Positions 49,740 through 59,800 of a stretch of 64,000 bases of DNA are shown here, in pieces. The stretch comes from Candidatus Dormiibacterota bacterium (GTDB lineage: Bacteria; Chloroflexota; Dormibacteria; Aeolococcales; Aeolococcaceae): positions 224,001 through 288,000 of the forward strand of contig CAVPXI010000004.1 in the NCBI GenBank assembly GCA_963709585.1, in the 5' to 3' direction. The stretch's first letter is position 1; every line of letters starts with the position of its first letter. The position numbers were made by a program, and so were the translations under genes. The notes under the pieces were generated by a model, which worked only from the letters and a program-made list of their open reading frames with translations, searched no databases and had not been told where the DNA came from.

Positions 49740-50957
49740 CTAGCCGACGCCCGTCTGGACTGCATACTTGGCACTGATGAGCGTGGCGACCCCCGAGGGC
49801 GTCACTGAGAAGGTCCTCTCGCCGAAGTAATCAGTTGCGATCAAGAGGTCGCCCGACGTCCAGAGCGTCGGGGCCAATTCGTCGTTACCGGGGACGACCA
49901 GGACATGGCCGCTCACTAGGTCCAGCAGTTCGAGTTGGGTCCCTGTTGCAGTTGCGGGGCAAGAGATGGAGACCGCTGCGTACCTGGCATCGGCGGATAA
50001 CGCGACCCCGCCGTTCAGGCACGACGGTGACGTCATTCCCGCGATGCTGTATTTGGTCTGCTTGCCGTCGGGTGCGACAAACCGAATTCCCGGTGACGCG
50101 CCCCCAACGGAACAGGCGATGGTCCCGTCGTCGGCGATGTCCTGGAAACTGCAGTCTGTACCGATTCGACCGGCGAGACCAGTGGCCGCACCCGTCGCGG
50201 GGTTGATGAGGATGGCCCGTGAGGCCGCCAAAGTCGAAGCGCCGAGATCCCCGCACTGATTGTCGCCAGACACCACGATGCCGGCCGCCGTCCACGCCGC
50301 CAGACTGGCCTCCGTGACCCCAGCGCCGAAGGACACAGTCGCAATCTTTTTGGCGCCACTGCCCTCGTCGATGTATATGTCTAGTGTCGCTCGAGTTGAC
50401 GATCCGCAGTCAGGCGCATTGGTTTGCACCGCCCAAGCCCATGCCTGGCCATCTTCGCGTCCGATCACTGACGGAGCACCGGCGACGTTCTCCTCGAGGG
50501 TCGTGAGGGTGCCATCTGCCGATATCGCGACGATGGAAACGTTTGACCCGATCTGTTGGCCGTCGGTCCCAATCATTCGAGCGCCAAACGTGCCGTCGAT
50601 CGCCAATGTCGCGTCACCGTCGATGATGGGCCCTGAAGGCATTGGAGCAGTTATCGTTCCGTTTGCCAGCATCAGCACAGCTTTCCCGTTGCCGAGGGTC
50701 CCGCCGCCGGCGATCTGGTTGTCACCAAACGCGACGAAAAGTGGTTCGAATGAGGTGTGCGTCGGGGTCGGGGAGGGTGTCCCAACCACCGAAGTGCTTG
50801 TCGGTGTGGGTGAGGACGCCGGGGACACAGTCGGTGCGGATGTCGGCGACACCGTCGGTGCGGATGTCGGTGTTCCCGTCGGCGAGGACGTCGCCGTTCC
50901 GCAGGCTGCCAGGGCAGCTGCGCTGGCGATAACCAGGGCTGTTCGTTGGATCCGCAT
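49740..50957 (-). CDS. Hypothetical lipoprotein with Ser/Thr/Pro linker and beta-rich domain
   Basis: AAAGGA RBS, LAAC lipobox, repeated PTSAPTVS. Confidence 0.7.
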   Translation of the reverse strand: MRIQRTALVIASAAALAACGTATSSPTGTPTSAPTVSPTSAPTVSPASSPTPTSTSVVGTPSPTPTHTSFEPLFVAFGDNQIAGGGTLGNGKAVLMLANGTITAPMPSGPIIDGDATLAIDGTFGARMIGTDGQQIGSNVSIVAISADGTLTTLEENVAGAPSVIGREDGQAWAWAVQTNAPDCGSSTRATLDIYIDEGSGAKKIATVSFGAGVTEASLAAWTAAGIVVSGDNQCGDLGASTLAASRAILINPATGAATGLAGRIGTDCSFQDIADDGTIACSVGGASPGIRFVAPDGKQTKYSIAGMTSPSCLNGGVALSADARYAAVSISCPATATGTQLELLDLVSGHVLVVPGNDELAPTLWTSGDLLIATDYFGERTFSVTPSGVATLISAKYAVQTGVG

Positions 50958-51309
50958 CGAGTGGTTCCTTTCGTTCTTCGGCGTGTGCATGCGGAACGAC
51001 CATGTCTTCGCTTGGGTTACGCGATTGAAGCGTTCGCGATCCCGGTACGGCAACCAGTGGCACCTCACTCCTCCTCTGTGGTGCCGTTCGTGATCCCGGG
51101 GGCCGATCGCAGCATCGGGCGTCGCGATCGGGCCGATGGTGTAGGAAGAATCGCGGCCCAATCCTGGCTCAGTCCGGCACATCCCATTCCGAGATCGTCG
51201 CCGAGATCAGCCAGGGACAGTTCGGCGTCAGGAGGGTGTGCAAATGGCGGATGACCCCGTCAGCCGTCGTTTGTCTAGCGAGGTTTTTCAACCATCAAAC
51301 AACCGCACC

Positions 51310-51366
51310 CACAGTGAGTACGGAACCCAGGAACTCGGGGCCTTGACCCCTACGCCTGACCCGATC
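51310..51366 (+). repeat. att-like segment, copy 2
   Basis: CACAGTGAGTACGGAACCC...CGGGG..TGACCCCTAC(51344)..TGACCCG(51357). Confidence 0.6.
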
Positions 51367-51617
51367 CTCAGGCGACGTCCTGGCGATGCTCAGGAACGCC
51401 GGCGGGCGTGCGCCACGGATCCGACTGGCGAAGCTCCGCAGCCTGCTCGCGCTCCTTCTTAGCCTTATCGGCCTTGGCAGCCTCAAGCGCGGCCGCCGCA
51501 GCGATTGCGGAGTTGTAACGCGCGAAACTCGGCCCCCGATTCACCGGCATGAGAATGGCAGTCTACGCTTGCAGACGTGGTCAGTTCAGCCACGGTCGCC
51601 GTGCTCGAACCGGCGGT

Positions 51618-51660
51618 TTCGTCGTCCTACCTATCGTGATACCATCGGTAGGATGACGAG
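51618..51660. promoter_or_regulatory. TA operon extended -10 flanked by an inverted-repeat operator
   Basis: TGA-TACCAT at 51637-51645; TCGTCGTCCTACC...GGTAGGATGACGA. Confidence 0.6.
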
Positions 51661-51904
51661 AGTGAAGGTGAGCCTTTCGCTCGATCCACTTCTGATGCGC
51701 GATGTCGACGCGTTCGTCGAGGCGCATAAAGACACTGATCGCAGCAAGGTGGTCGATGACGCATTACAACTCTGGGCAGCCGCACAGCAACGCTCAGCTA
51801 TGGAACTCCAGTTTGCGGACGAAGGGGATACAGATCCGATGGAACTGGACGCCTGGCACAGGGTCCGGCGTGAGGCGGCGCGTCGCAGGCTGAGACGCAC
51901 CTGA
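51653..51904 (+). CDS. Ribbon-helix-helix antitoxin
   Basis: KVSLSLD beta-strand, RSKVVDDAL helix; upstream of a PemK-like toxin. Confidence 0.8.
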   Translation: MTRVKVSLSLDPLLMRDVDAFVEAHKDTDRSKVVDDALQLWAAAQQRSAMELQFADEGDTDPMELDAWHRVRREAARRRLRRT

Positions 51905-52281
51905 GTCGGCGAGCCCCTCGACGTGCGCGCAAGCCACGTCGCGGCGAGGTCTGGTACGTTTTCACACCCGGCCAACCAGATGATCCGCACCAACCTCGGC
52001 CGGCGCTTGTCGTCTCCGAGAATGTACGGAACACGATTCGCGACGACCTGATCGTGGTCCCGATGTTTTCGCGCGGACGAGCCGGGCCGACCCGCGTTCC
52101 TCTTGCGGCCGGAGCCGGGAGCGTGCCCTTCGACAGCATCCTGTTCTGCGAAGAGATAACGACGATCGATAACGACTTTCTGGCGAGCGGTCCACTGGGA
52201 GCGCCGTTGGACGGTCATCGAATGGACGAGGTTGTCAGGGCGATACGCAGGGCCATTGGGGAAGTCGTCCCCGAGCCGTAG
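51901..52281 (+). CDS. PemK/MazF-family endoribonuclease toxin (probable CTG start)
   Basis: RRGEVWYV, RPALVVS, VVP, CEEITTID. Confidence 0.85.
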   Translation: MSRRAPRRARKPRRGEVWYVFTPGQPDDPHQPRPALVVSENVRNTIRDDLIVVPMFSRGRAGPTRVPLAAGAGSVPFDSILFCEEITTIDNDFLASGPLGAPLDGHRMDEVVRAIRRAIGEVVPEP

Positions 52282-52335
52282 CGCCAACGCGAGGAGATGG
52301 CAACCGAAACAAATAGCCAGCGCTCCGCCGATGCG

Positions 52336-52995
52336 TCAGACCAGGCCGCGCTGGTACGCGTAGCGCACCGCCTGCGCGCGGTCCCGCACGCCGGTCTTCG
52401 AAAAGATGCGGTTGATGTGAGTCTTGACGGTCGCGTTGCTGAGGAACAGCGACGTCGCGATCTCGCCGTTTGAGAGGCCGGCCGCGATCAGCTTGAGGAC
52501 CTCCGCTTCACGCCGGCTCAGGTCGTCAGGAAGCGCCTGAACCTGTTCAGGCGCAACACGTGGAGTTTCGAGAACAGCGGCCACGAGGCGTTGCTGGACC
52601 GCCGGGTCGAGGTGGGTCCGCCCCGCGGCGAGCGCCCTGATCGCGCGCTCGATCTCCTCGGCGTCGGCGTCCTTGGTCAGGTAACCGTGGGCGCCGGCTT
52701 CGAGCGCAGGAAACAGCGACTCGTCGTCGGCATATGTCGTCAGCACCAGCACCTGCGTGGCGGGAAGGGCGGCGCGGATCCGCCGCGTGGCCTCGGCTCC
52801 GTCCATGCCGGGCATGCGAAGGTCCATGAGCACGACGTCAGGGCGCTCGCGCTCCGCGCACTGCACCGCCTCCACCCCGTCGCCGGCGGTACCCACGACG
52901 TCGACACCGTCGATCAGGCCAACGATCATCGTCAGCCCTTCACGTACGACCCGTTGGTCGTCAGCGATCAGCACCCGGATCGCCACGTCGGTCAC
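52336..52995 (-). CDS. NarL/LuxR-family response regulator
   Basis: IADDQ, VLMDLRMP, LSRREAEVL, TVKTHI. Confidence 0.93.
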   Translation of the reverse strand: MTDVAIRVLIADDQRVVREGLTMIVGLIDGVDVVGTAGDGVEAVQCAERERPDVVLMDLRMPGMDGAEATRRIRAALPATQVLVLTTYADDESLFPALEAGAHGYLTKDADAEEIERAIRALAAGRTHLDPAVQQRLVAAVLETPRVAPEQVQALPDDLSRREAEVLKLIAAGLSNGEIATSLFLSNATVKTHINRIFSKTGVRDRAQAVRYAYQRGLV

Positions 52996-54258
52996 TTCGG
53001 CAGGACCAGCTCGACGCGCCAGCCGTTCTCGGTCGGCCCAGCCGCGGCGCTGCCGCCGACCCGTTCGATGCGCTCGCGCATCCCGGCCAGTCCCCTGCCA
53101 CCGCCGACGCCCTGCAAGCCCTCGCGAGTTCGATGATTCCCCCGACTGCGGGAGGTGGTTCTCAATGCTCAGCACGGTTCGATCGTTGTCGTAGTGAAGC
53201 AGCAGGGTGGTGGTTGCCCCGGGCGCGTAGCGCGCGATGTTGGTCAGCGCTTCCTGAGCTCCCCTGTACAGCGCGAGGCTTGCCTCCGCTGGGAGCTTGC
53301 GCTCACTCCCTTCGATACGCAGTGAGGCATTCACTGCGGTGTCGTCACGGAACGCCGTCACGAGAGATTCGAGTTGCCCGACGCCGGGCAGCTCATCGCC
53401 GCGGAGTGCGCCGACGGCCTCCCTGGCGTTGGCGAGGCCGCCTTTCACCAATTCGCCGGCGCGGTCGATCGCGTTGCGTACCGGAGGCGCTGCCTGTTCC
53501 CGTTCGGCGAGCTTTCGCGCTGCCTGGAGCTGGATCGCCGCGCCCGACAGCGAGTGGGCGAGAACATCGTGCAACTCGGTGGCGATCCGGCCGCGCTCGG
53601 CCACCGCGGCAGCTCGCGTCTGCTCTTCGCGCGCATCCTCGAGCTGGGCGAGGAGCAGCTCGGTGTGGTCCTGGCTTGAGCGTGACTGCTTGATGAAGTA
53701 CGCAACCAGACCGAGCAGGGCGAGGAGCAGTGTGGTGGGGAGGATGGTTGTCGACGAGCTCCCGGTGAGCGCCTCGGCGGCGTCCAGTGCGATCGCCGTG
53801 CCGGCACTGATCGCGACGCCGAGCGCCAGAGGCAAGCGGGCAACCGCCATCCATACCGCCACGCCGCCCGCGAGCTCGTTCGCGCTCTGCGGCTGCAGCG
53901 CGGCCAACGCAACGCCGCTTGTGGCCATCGCCACGATGACCGCTGCCTGAAACGCAGTGCCGCGGTCGGCATACCAGTGCCCTATCGCGAGCGCGAGCAA
54001 TCCCGCAAACGCGATCAGCGCGAGCGTGACTCCGAGCGGCTTGCCCTGCAGACCCGGGTGAGGGTTCGCGCCGAAGGCACCGAACGCCACGACGACGATC
54101 GCGGTCCATCCCAGCGGTCGCAACAGGTCCCGCTGGCGACGAACCCGCTGGTCGGCGCGCTCGTGCGCCGCGGCGATCCGCCGGCTCTCACCCTCCGCGG
54201 TGGCGGGTCCGAAGCTCGCGGTTCCAGGCGCTTGATTCGAGGGCATATGCGGGGCCAT
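52992..54258 (-). CDS. HisKA_3 membrane sensor kinase with a frameshift near 53110
   Basis: ERGRIATELHDVLAHSLS, QEALTN; GRGLAGMRER...VELVLPK* lies in another frame. Confidence 0.88.
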
Positions 54259-54328
54259 GTGCGTGCAGACGATAAGCGCCCCCGGCCCGAACTCGTGGGA
54301 CCGGAGGCGCCGGATTCCGCGCCAGCGC

Positions 54329-54856
54329 TCAGGCGGCCGAACCGACTGCGATCGCGCGCGGCTGGGCGCCGTACTGGAGGCGGCGGCCGCGGAGTTGCAC
54401 CGTCACCACGCGAATGGTGACTTCGCAGATCGCCATCGAGACAAGCGCGACGGGCCAGGCAGCAGCGCTGATCTGGTGGGCGATGCTGAAGCTACGGATC
54501 GCGGGCTCGGCGCCGTGGGTGACCACGAATGCGAAGACGATCCGCGAGGAGATTCCGGCAACGAGGAGTGCACCGGCCACCCATCCGACGCGAGCCAGCG
54601 CGAAGCCTTCCCTACCGGCGCGGACATGGGTCGCAAACCCGCTCAGAAGACCGAGCGACACGCCGGCGGTCGCCAGCGCGCCGATGAGGAGGAGGTCGTT
54701 GCCGGTGGTTGGAATGGTGTGGAGGTACTGCTGTGCGACGAAGAACACCATCACCAGCGGAATCACCAGTGCACGCCGATCCAGCCTGCGCTCACGGGCC
54801 TGCTTGATGACCAGGAGGATGAACGCTGCGTTGATGAGGTAGTCAGTGATCGACAT
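54329..54856 (-). CDS. DUF1453-like membrane protein
   Basis: About five hydrophobic segments; directly upstream of the kinase/regulator pair. Confidence 0.65.
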   Translation of the reverse strand: MSITDYLINAAFILLVIKQARERRLDRRALVIPLVMVFFVAQQYLHTIPTTGNDLLLIGALATAGVSLGLLSGFATHVRAGREGFALARVGWVAGALLVAGISSRIVFAFVVTHGAEPAIRSFSIAHQISAAAWPVALVSMAICEVTIRVVTVQLRGRRLQYGAQPRAIAVGSAA

Positions 54857-54974
54857 CGGGGCTCCTTCAGCTTCTGGGGTTCTTGTCCGAATGGACACCC
54901 CGAATCATTCCGTTGCTCGACGACGGCGTCGTCGGCCCGTGGATGGGAATTTCGGGAGCCTGATCAACCCCGGC

Positions 54975-54994
54975 GGTCAACCCGTGGGTTGACC
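54975..54994. promoter_or_regulatory. Perfect 9-2-9 palindrome, candidate NarL-type binding site
   Basis: GGTCAACCC-GT-GGGTTGACC, with an extra TCAACCC half-site at 54964. Confidence 0.55.
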
Positions 54995-55034
54995 AGCGGG
55001 AGGTGACCTCCGGACAATCAGACGAGGCTGTCCC

Positions 55035-56072
55035 TCAACCGCCGGTGGTCGTTAAGTCGAGCTGAGCCCACTTCGATCCGAACAGCGCCCAGACGTGCAC
55101 GGGTTGCGCGACGAATTGGTTGCCCGGCGTCGCTGACCCGAATATCAGCAGCCGGCCGCTGCTCACGTCGCTGATCTCCGCGACCGGCTCGACCGGAAGC
55201 GGGGCGACATTCACCAGTGCCCATGTCCGTCCGGTCCATGACGCCAGGGCCGGCAGGGCCAGCACCGAGCCGCAGTTGCAAAGCGTCACATGCCCGGTGG
55301 ATGGATCCAGCGCGAGCGCGGAACCCGGAAGCGGCGCGGCGGTGCCGGCGATCTGCAACCAGCGCTGCCCGTCCCAGCGCCACGTGGTGTCGAGCGCCCC
55401 AAGCGGGGACTGCGGTACGTAGCAACATCCCTCTGCGATCAGTGACTGGGTGATCGGATCGAATGCCATCGGAAGGTCGAACGCACTGGGGGCGACAGCA
55501 CCGTGAATCTCCGGTTGCCAGCGGGTGCAACTCCAGACCCACGTTTGATCGCCTCCGGGCGCGCTCCCCGCGTCGGTGACCAGCACCATCTCACTCAGCG
55601 CGTCGTCCCACACCATCGACGCCCCCTCGCCAGGAGTCGCGCCGCCGGTCCCCCCGTCAAGCTCGCGCCAGGTCGCTCCGTTCCACGCCCACGTGTCGTT
55701 CAGCGACGGGCCGCCGTTGAAGGGTGCGTGCCGGCCGCCGAAGAGCAGGACCTGCTTGGTCTGCGGATCGTATGCGCCCGCAGCGTCGATGCGGCCCGGC
55801 GGAGCTCGTGGCCGGCCTGGCGAGCGCCCAGTGACCGCCGCTCCATGTCCAGGTGTTGTCGTAGTTGTCCACGCCCCCAAAGAGCACCACCTGGGAGCTC
55901 GAGGGGTCGTCCGCGATGGTGAAGCCGATTCCCGAGATCGGTCCCCGAGGGATTGGAGTCGGCGCCGGCGCCGGGGCCGGCGCGGAGCCGGCGGACGCTG
56001 CGCTGTCGAAATCGCGACACCAGCAACCGCCGCGACTGCGACCACCGCCACGAGCACCGTCGAAGACCTCAC
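55035..56072 (-). CDS. Secreted Kelch-like beta-propeller protein with two compensating frameshifts near 55985 and 55803
   Basis: Repeats of VLFGG...DTWxWxGxxW spread over two frames; N-terminal signal or TM segment. Confidence 0.7.
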   Translation of the reverse strand: MRSSTVLVAVVAVAAVAGVAISTAQRPPAPRRPRRRRRLQSLGDRSRESASPSRTTPRAPRWCSLGAWTTTTTPGHGAAVTGRSPGRPRAPPGRIDAAGAYDPQTKQVLLFGGRHAPFNGGPSLNDTWAWNGATWRELDGGTGGATPGEGASMVWDDALSEMVLVTDAGSAPGGDQTWVWSCTRWQPEIHGAVAPSAFDLPMAFDPITQSLIAEGCCYVPQSPLGALDTTWRWDGQRWLQIAGTAAPLPGSALALDPSTGHVTLCNCGSVLALPALASWTGRTWALVNVAPLPVEPVAEISDVSSGRLLIFGSATPGNQFVAQPVHVWALFGSKWAQLDLTTTGG

Positions 56073-56258
56073 GTGGGTGCGCTACCTGGTTGCCCTGCTC
56101 ATGCTCACGCCGTCCATCCTCCCAGTGTTCGCGGATGTACAGTGGTCTGAACGTTCTCGGGGCGAGAATCGTTGACACCGTGGAGCGCGTGCAACTCCGG
56201 CCAGCGTCGGCTCTGCGATCACCACGGTCACAGACGCAGGCCCGTTCGGAGGCGAGCA

Positions 56259-56753
56259 GTGAGATATCAGGTTCGCGAGAAACTCTTCCGGCTCGGCGAG
56301 GACAACGACATCCTCGACGAGGCGGGCCAACCCGTGTATCAGGTTGACGGCAAGGTGTTCAGCCTGCAGGGTCTGATGCTTGTCAACGACCTTTCGGGCA
56401 ACGAAGTTGGACGGGTCAGCCGGAAGCTCATGGCGTTGCTGGCGACCTACGACATCACGCTCACCGGTGGCGTCAACGCAGAGGTGCATCAGCGATTTTC
56501 CGGCCCGTTCCATCCCAAATGGACCATCTCCGTCGCGGGCGGCTCCGACCTCGAGATGACCGGAAACTTCGGGGGACACGACTTCCTCCTCACCGAGAAC
56601 GGTCAGACCGTCGCCACCGTCTCCAAAGCCTGGATCAGCCTTGCCAACTCGTACGGCGTCGATATCGTTGACGGGCAGAACGACCTGCTCATCCTCTGCA
56701 GCGTCCTGGCGCTCGAGTTGGAGCAGGACAGGAGCCAGTCGCACAACCGCTGA
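56259..56753 (+). CDS. LURP-one/Tubby C-terminal-like protein
   Basis: YQVREKLFRLGED..I.D, VDGKVFSL, VATVSKAW, YGVDI; GGAGG RBS. Confidence 0.85.
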   Translation: MRYQVREKLFRLGEDNDILDEAGQPVYQVDGKVFSLQGLMLVNDLSGNEVGRVSRKLMALLATYDITLTGGVNAEVHQRFSGPFHPKWTISVAGGSDLEMTGNFGGHDFLLTENGQTVATVSKAWISLANSYGVDIVDGQNDLLILCSVLALELEQDRSQSHNR

Positions 56754-56856
56754 TGACCTCGAAGGCGCTGGCCTCAGCGGGATTGGAGGGCGTCTGTCGG
56801 ACAGTCTCGGGTCCGAACATCCGTTCTGTGTGGGATGCTAAAATCATAGGTCCCAG

Positions 56857-59800
56857 ATGAGCGATATGAGTACCTTCCACCCCGCGGTGCGGGCCTGGTT
56901 CGAGCGGCGGTTTCCCGAGGGTCCGACCCCCGCGCAACGTGAGGGCTGGCCGGAGATCGCCGCAGGCAGGAACACGCTGATCGCCGCGCCGACCGGCTCG
57001 GGCAAGACGCTCGCGGGGTTCCTCGTCTGCATCGATGCGCTGTACCGCGCCGCGGATCGCGGCGAGGTGGTCGAGGGGACAACCCAGGTCGTGTACGTCT
57101 CGCCGTTGAAGGCACTCGCGGTTGACGTCCAGCAGAACCTGGAGACACCGCTTCGCGAGATCGCTGAGATTGGAGCGGAGATGGGGATGACCTTGCCCAC
57201 CCTCCGGGCCGAGGTGCGCACCGGTGACACCACACAGTCGATGCGCGCCGCGATGATCAAGCGCCCGCCGAATTTCCTGGTGACGACACCCGAATCCCTC
57301 TACCTGCTCGTGACCGCGCAGCGCAGCCGGGCCGCCCTGACCACGGTGACGACCATCATCGTCGACGAGATCCACGCGGTCGCCCGCGACAAACGCGGCT
57401 CTCACCTTGCGGTCACGCTCGAGCGTCTCGAGCGTCTGTGCGCGGGGCCGCCGGTGCGCATCGGGCTGTCGGCAACGCAGCGACCGATCGAGACGGTTGC
57501 GCGGTTGCTGGTCGGCGCCGGCTCTTCACGGAGCAATCCTGACGGCAGTCCGCGCTGCGCCATCGTCGATGTCGGCCACCGCCGCGCACTTGATGTCGCG
57601 ATCGAGTTGCCGTCGGGTGAGCTCGAGGCGGTCGCGTCACGCGAGCAACTCGGCGAGGTGCTCGACGCCATCGCCGCGCACGTACGTGCGCACCGCACCA
57701 CCCTCATCTTCGTCAACACGCGGCGGATGGCCGAGCGCGTCGCCCATCTGCTCGCCGAGCGGCTCGGTGACGATGCGGTGGCGGCGCACCACGGGAGCCT
57801 ATCGAGGGATCGTCGTCAGCGTGTCGAATCGCAGCTGCGCGCCGGTGAGCTTAGAGCGCTGGTTGCGACCGCATCACTTGAGCTGGGCATCGACATCGGA
57901 CCCATCGAGATGGTGTGCCAGATCGCCTCGCCACGCAGCATCGCGACCTTCCTGCAGCGAGTCGGTCGCTCCGGCCACAGCCGGGGTGGTATGCCAAAGG
58001 GCCGTCTGTACCCGATGACGCGGGACGAGCTGGTCGAGTGCACGGCGCTGCTCGCGGGCGTGAGAAGCGGAGCGCTCGACGCGGTGCACCCACCGCTGCT
58101 CCCCCTCGACATCCTCGCGCAGCAGATCATCGCCGAGTGCGCGGCCGACAGCTGGCGCGAGGACGATCTCTTCGAGCTGATGCGCAAGGCGGCGCCGTTT
58201 GCCGAGCTGACGCGCGACGACTTCGACCGCGTCGTCGAGCTGGCGTCCGACGGCATTCCCACCGGGCGCGGCAGGGTCGCGGCTTACCTGCATCGGGATC
58301 AGATCAACGGCGAGGTCCGTGCGCGCCGCGGCGCGCGTCTGGCGGCGCTGACGTCTGGAGGGGCGATCCCCGAGACCGGCGACTACCGAGTGCTCGCTGA
58401 ACCCGATGACACCTTCATCGGCACGGTCAACGAGGACTGGGCGATCAAGTCGTCGGCCGGTGACATCTTCCTGCTCGGCAGCACGTCGTGGAAGATCCGG
58501 CGCGTGGTCGCGGGGACGGTGCGCGTCGTCGATGCGCACGGTGCGCCCCCGTCGGTTCCCTTCTGGCTCGGCGAGGCGCCGGCGCGCACGGAGGAGCTGT
58601 CACGCGAGGTGTCGGACCTCCGCAGTGGGGTGGATGCTCTGCTCGCGGAGGGCGGCGCCGACGAGGCGATCTCGTGGGTCGAGCAGCGAGCCGGGGTCGA
58701 CAACGACGTCGCCGCGATGGTGGTTCGTTACCTGGCGGCGGGTCGCACCGCACTCGGTGTGGTGCCGACTCTCGAGCACATTGTTCTGGAGCGATTCTTC
58801 GATGACAGCGGCGGCATGCAGCTGGTCGTGCACGCACCGTTCGGCGGCCGGGTGAACCGGGCGCTCGGTCTCGCCTTGCGAAAGCGATTCTGCGCGACGT
58901 TCGACTTCGAGTTGCAGGCGGCGGCAAGTGACGACTGTGTGCTGCTCTCGCTCGGTCCGCAGCACAGTTTTCCGCTCGAGGACGTTCCGAAGTTCCTGTC
59001 CTCGAACACCGTGGAGGAGGTGCTCCGGAAGGCGGCGATCTTCGCACCGATGTGGGCGGTCCGCTGGCGCTGGAACCTCAATCGATCGCTCACCGTGCTC
59101 CGCTTCAAAGGCGGCCGCAAGAACCCGGCGCCGATACAGCGCCTCGAATCCGACGACATCATGGGCGCGGTGTTTCCGCAGCTGGTGGCGTGCCAGAACG
59201 AGAATCCGACGGGACCAGTCGAGCCACCCGACCATCCGCTCGTCAATCAGACCATGCATGACTGCCTGCACGAGGTGATGGACGTGGACTCGCTGCGCGA
59301 GCTGGTCGCGCGCATCGAGCGAAAGGAAGTCGAGATCAATTTCCGCGACACTGTGGAGCCGTCGCCGCTCGCACACGAGATCGTGAACGGCAGGCCCTAT
59401 ACGTTTCTCGACGACGCCCCGCTTGAGGAGCGGCGAAGCCGGGCCATCACCCTGCGTCGCGGTCTCCCGGTCGAGGCGCGCGACCTCGCCGCCCTCGACC
59501 CCGATGCCGTCGCGCGGGTGCGCGCCGAGGCAGCCCCGGAGCCACGCGATCACGACGAGCTGCACGACCTCCTGATCGCGCTGGTGGTGACGAGGGCTGT
59601 CCCGTCGTGGGCCGGCTGGTTCGACGAGCTCGTTGAACGTGGCCGGGCGCTCACGGTCACCAACGAGTCCCAGGTGTTCTGGTGCGCGACCGAACGCGCG
59701 TCGGGCGTCGAGGTACTCTGGCCGGGGGCCACGTTGGCGCCGCGCCCGGGTGTGCTGCCGCGAGCGCTTGGCGGAGCATCGCTGGACCGCGACGCACTCA

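Larger units (their letters stand above)
48998..52300. mobile_element. Decayed genomic island(s) at the tmRNA 3' end; right boundary uncertain
   Basis: Directly follows ssrA; duplicated att-like segment; orphan genes and a TA pair; no intact integrase. Confidence 0.45.

Noticed and set aside
50824-50875. Tandem 24-bp repeat as a CRISPR or iteron
   Set aside because: It is an in-frame coding repeat (PTSAPTVS) of the lipoprotein linker.
52336-54258. 640-aa apparent kinase-response regulator fusion
   Set aside because: The kinase G-box and its stop (GLAGMRER...LPK*) lie in another frame and overlap the regulator's GTG. One extra G near 53110 creates the fusion.
54303-54313. GGAGGCGCCGG as an attR copy of the tmRNA 3' end
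   Set aside because: Only 11 bp, inverted, and expected by chance at this GC content.
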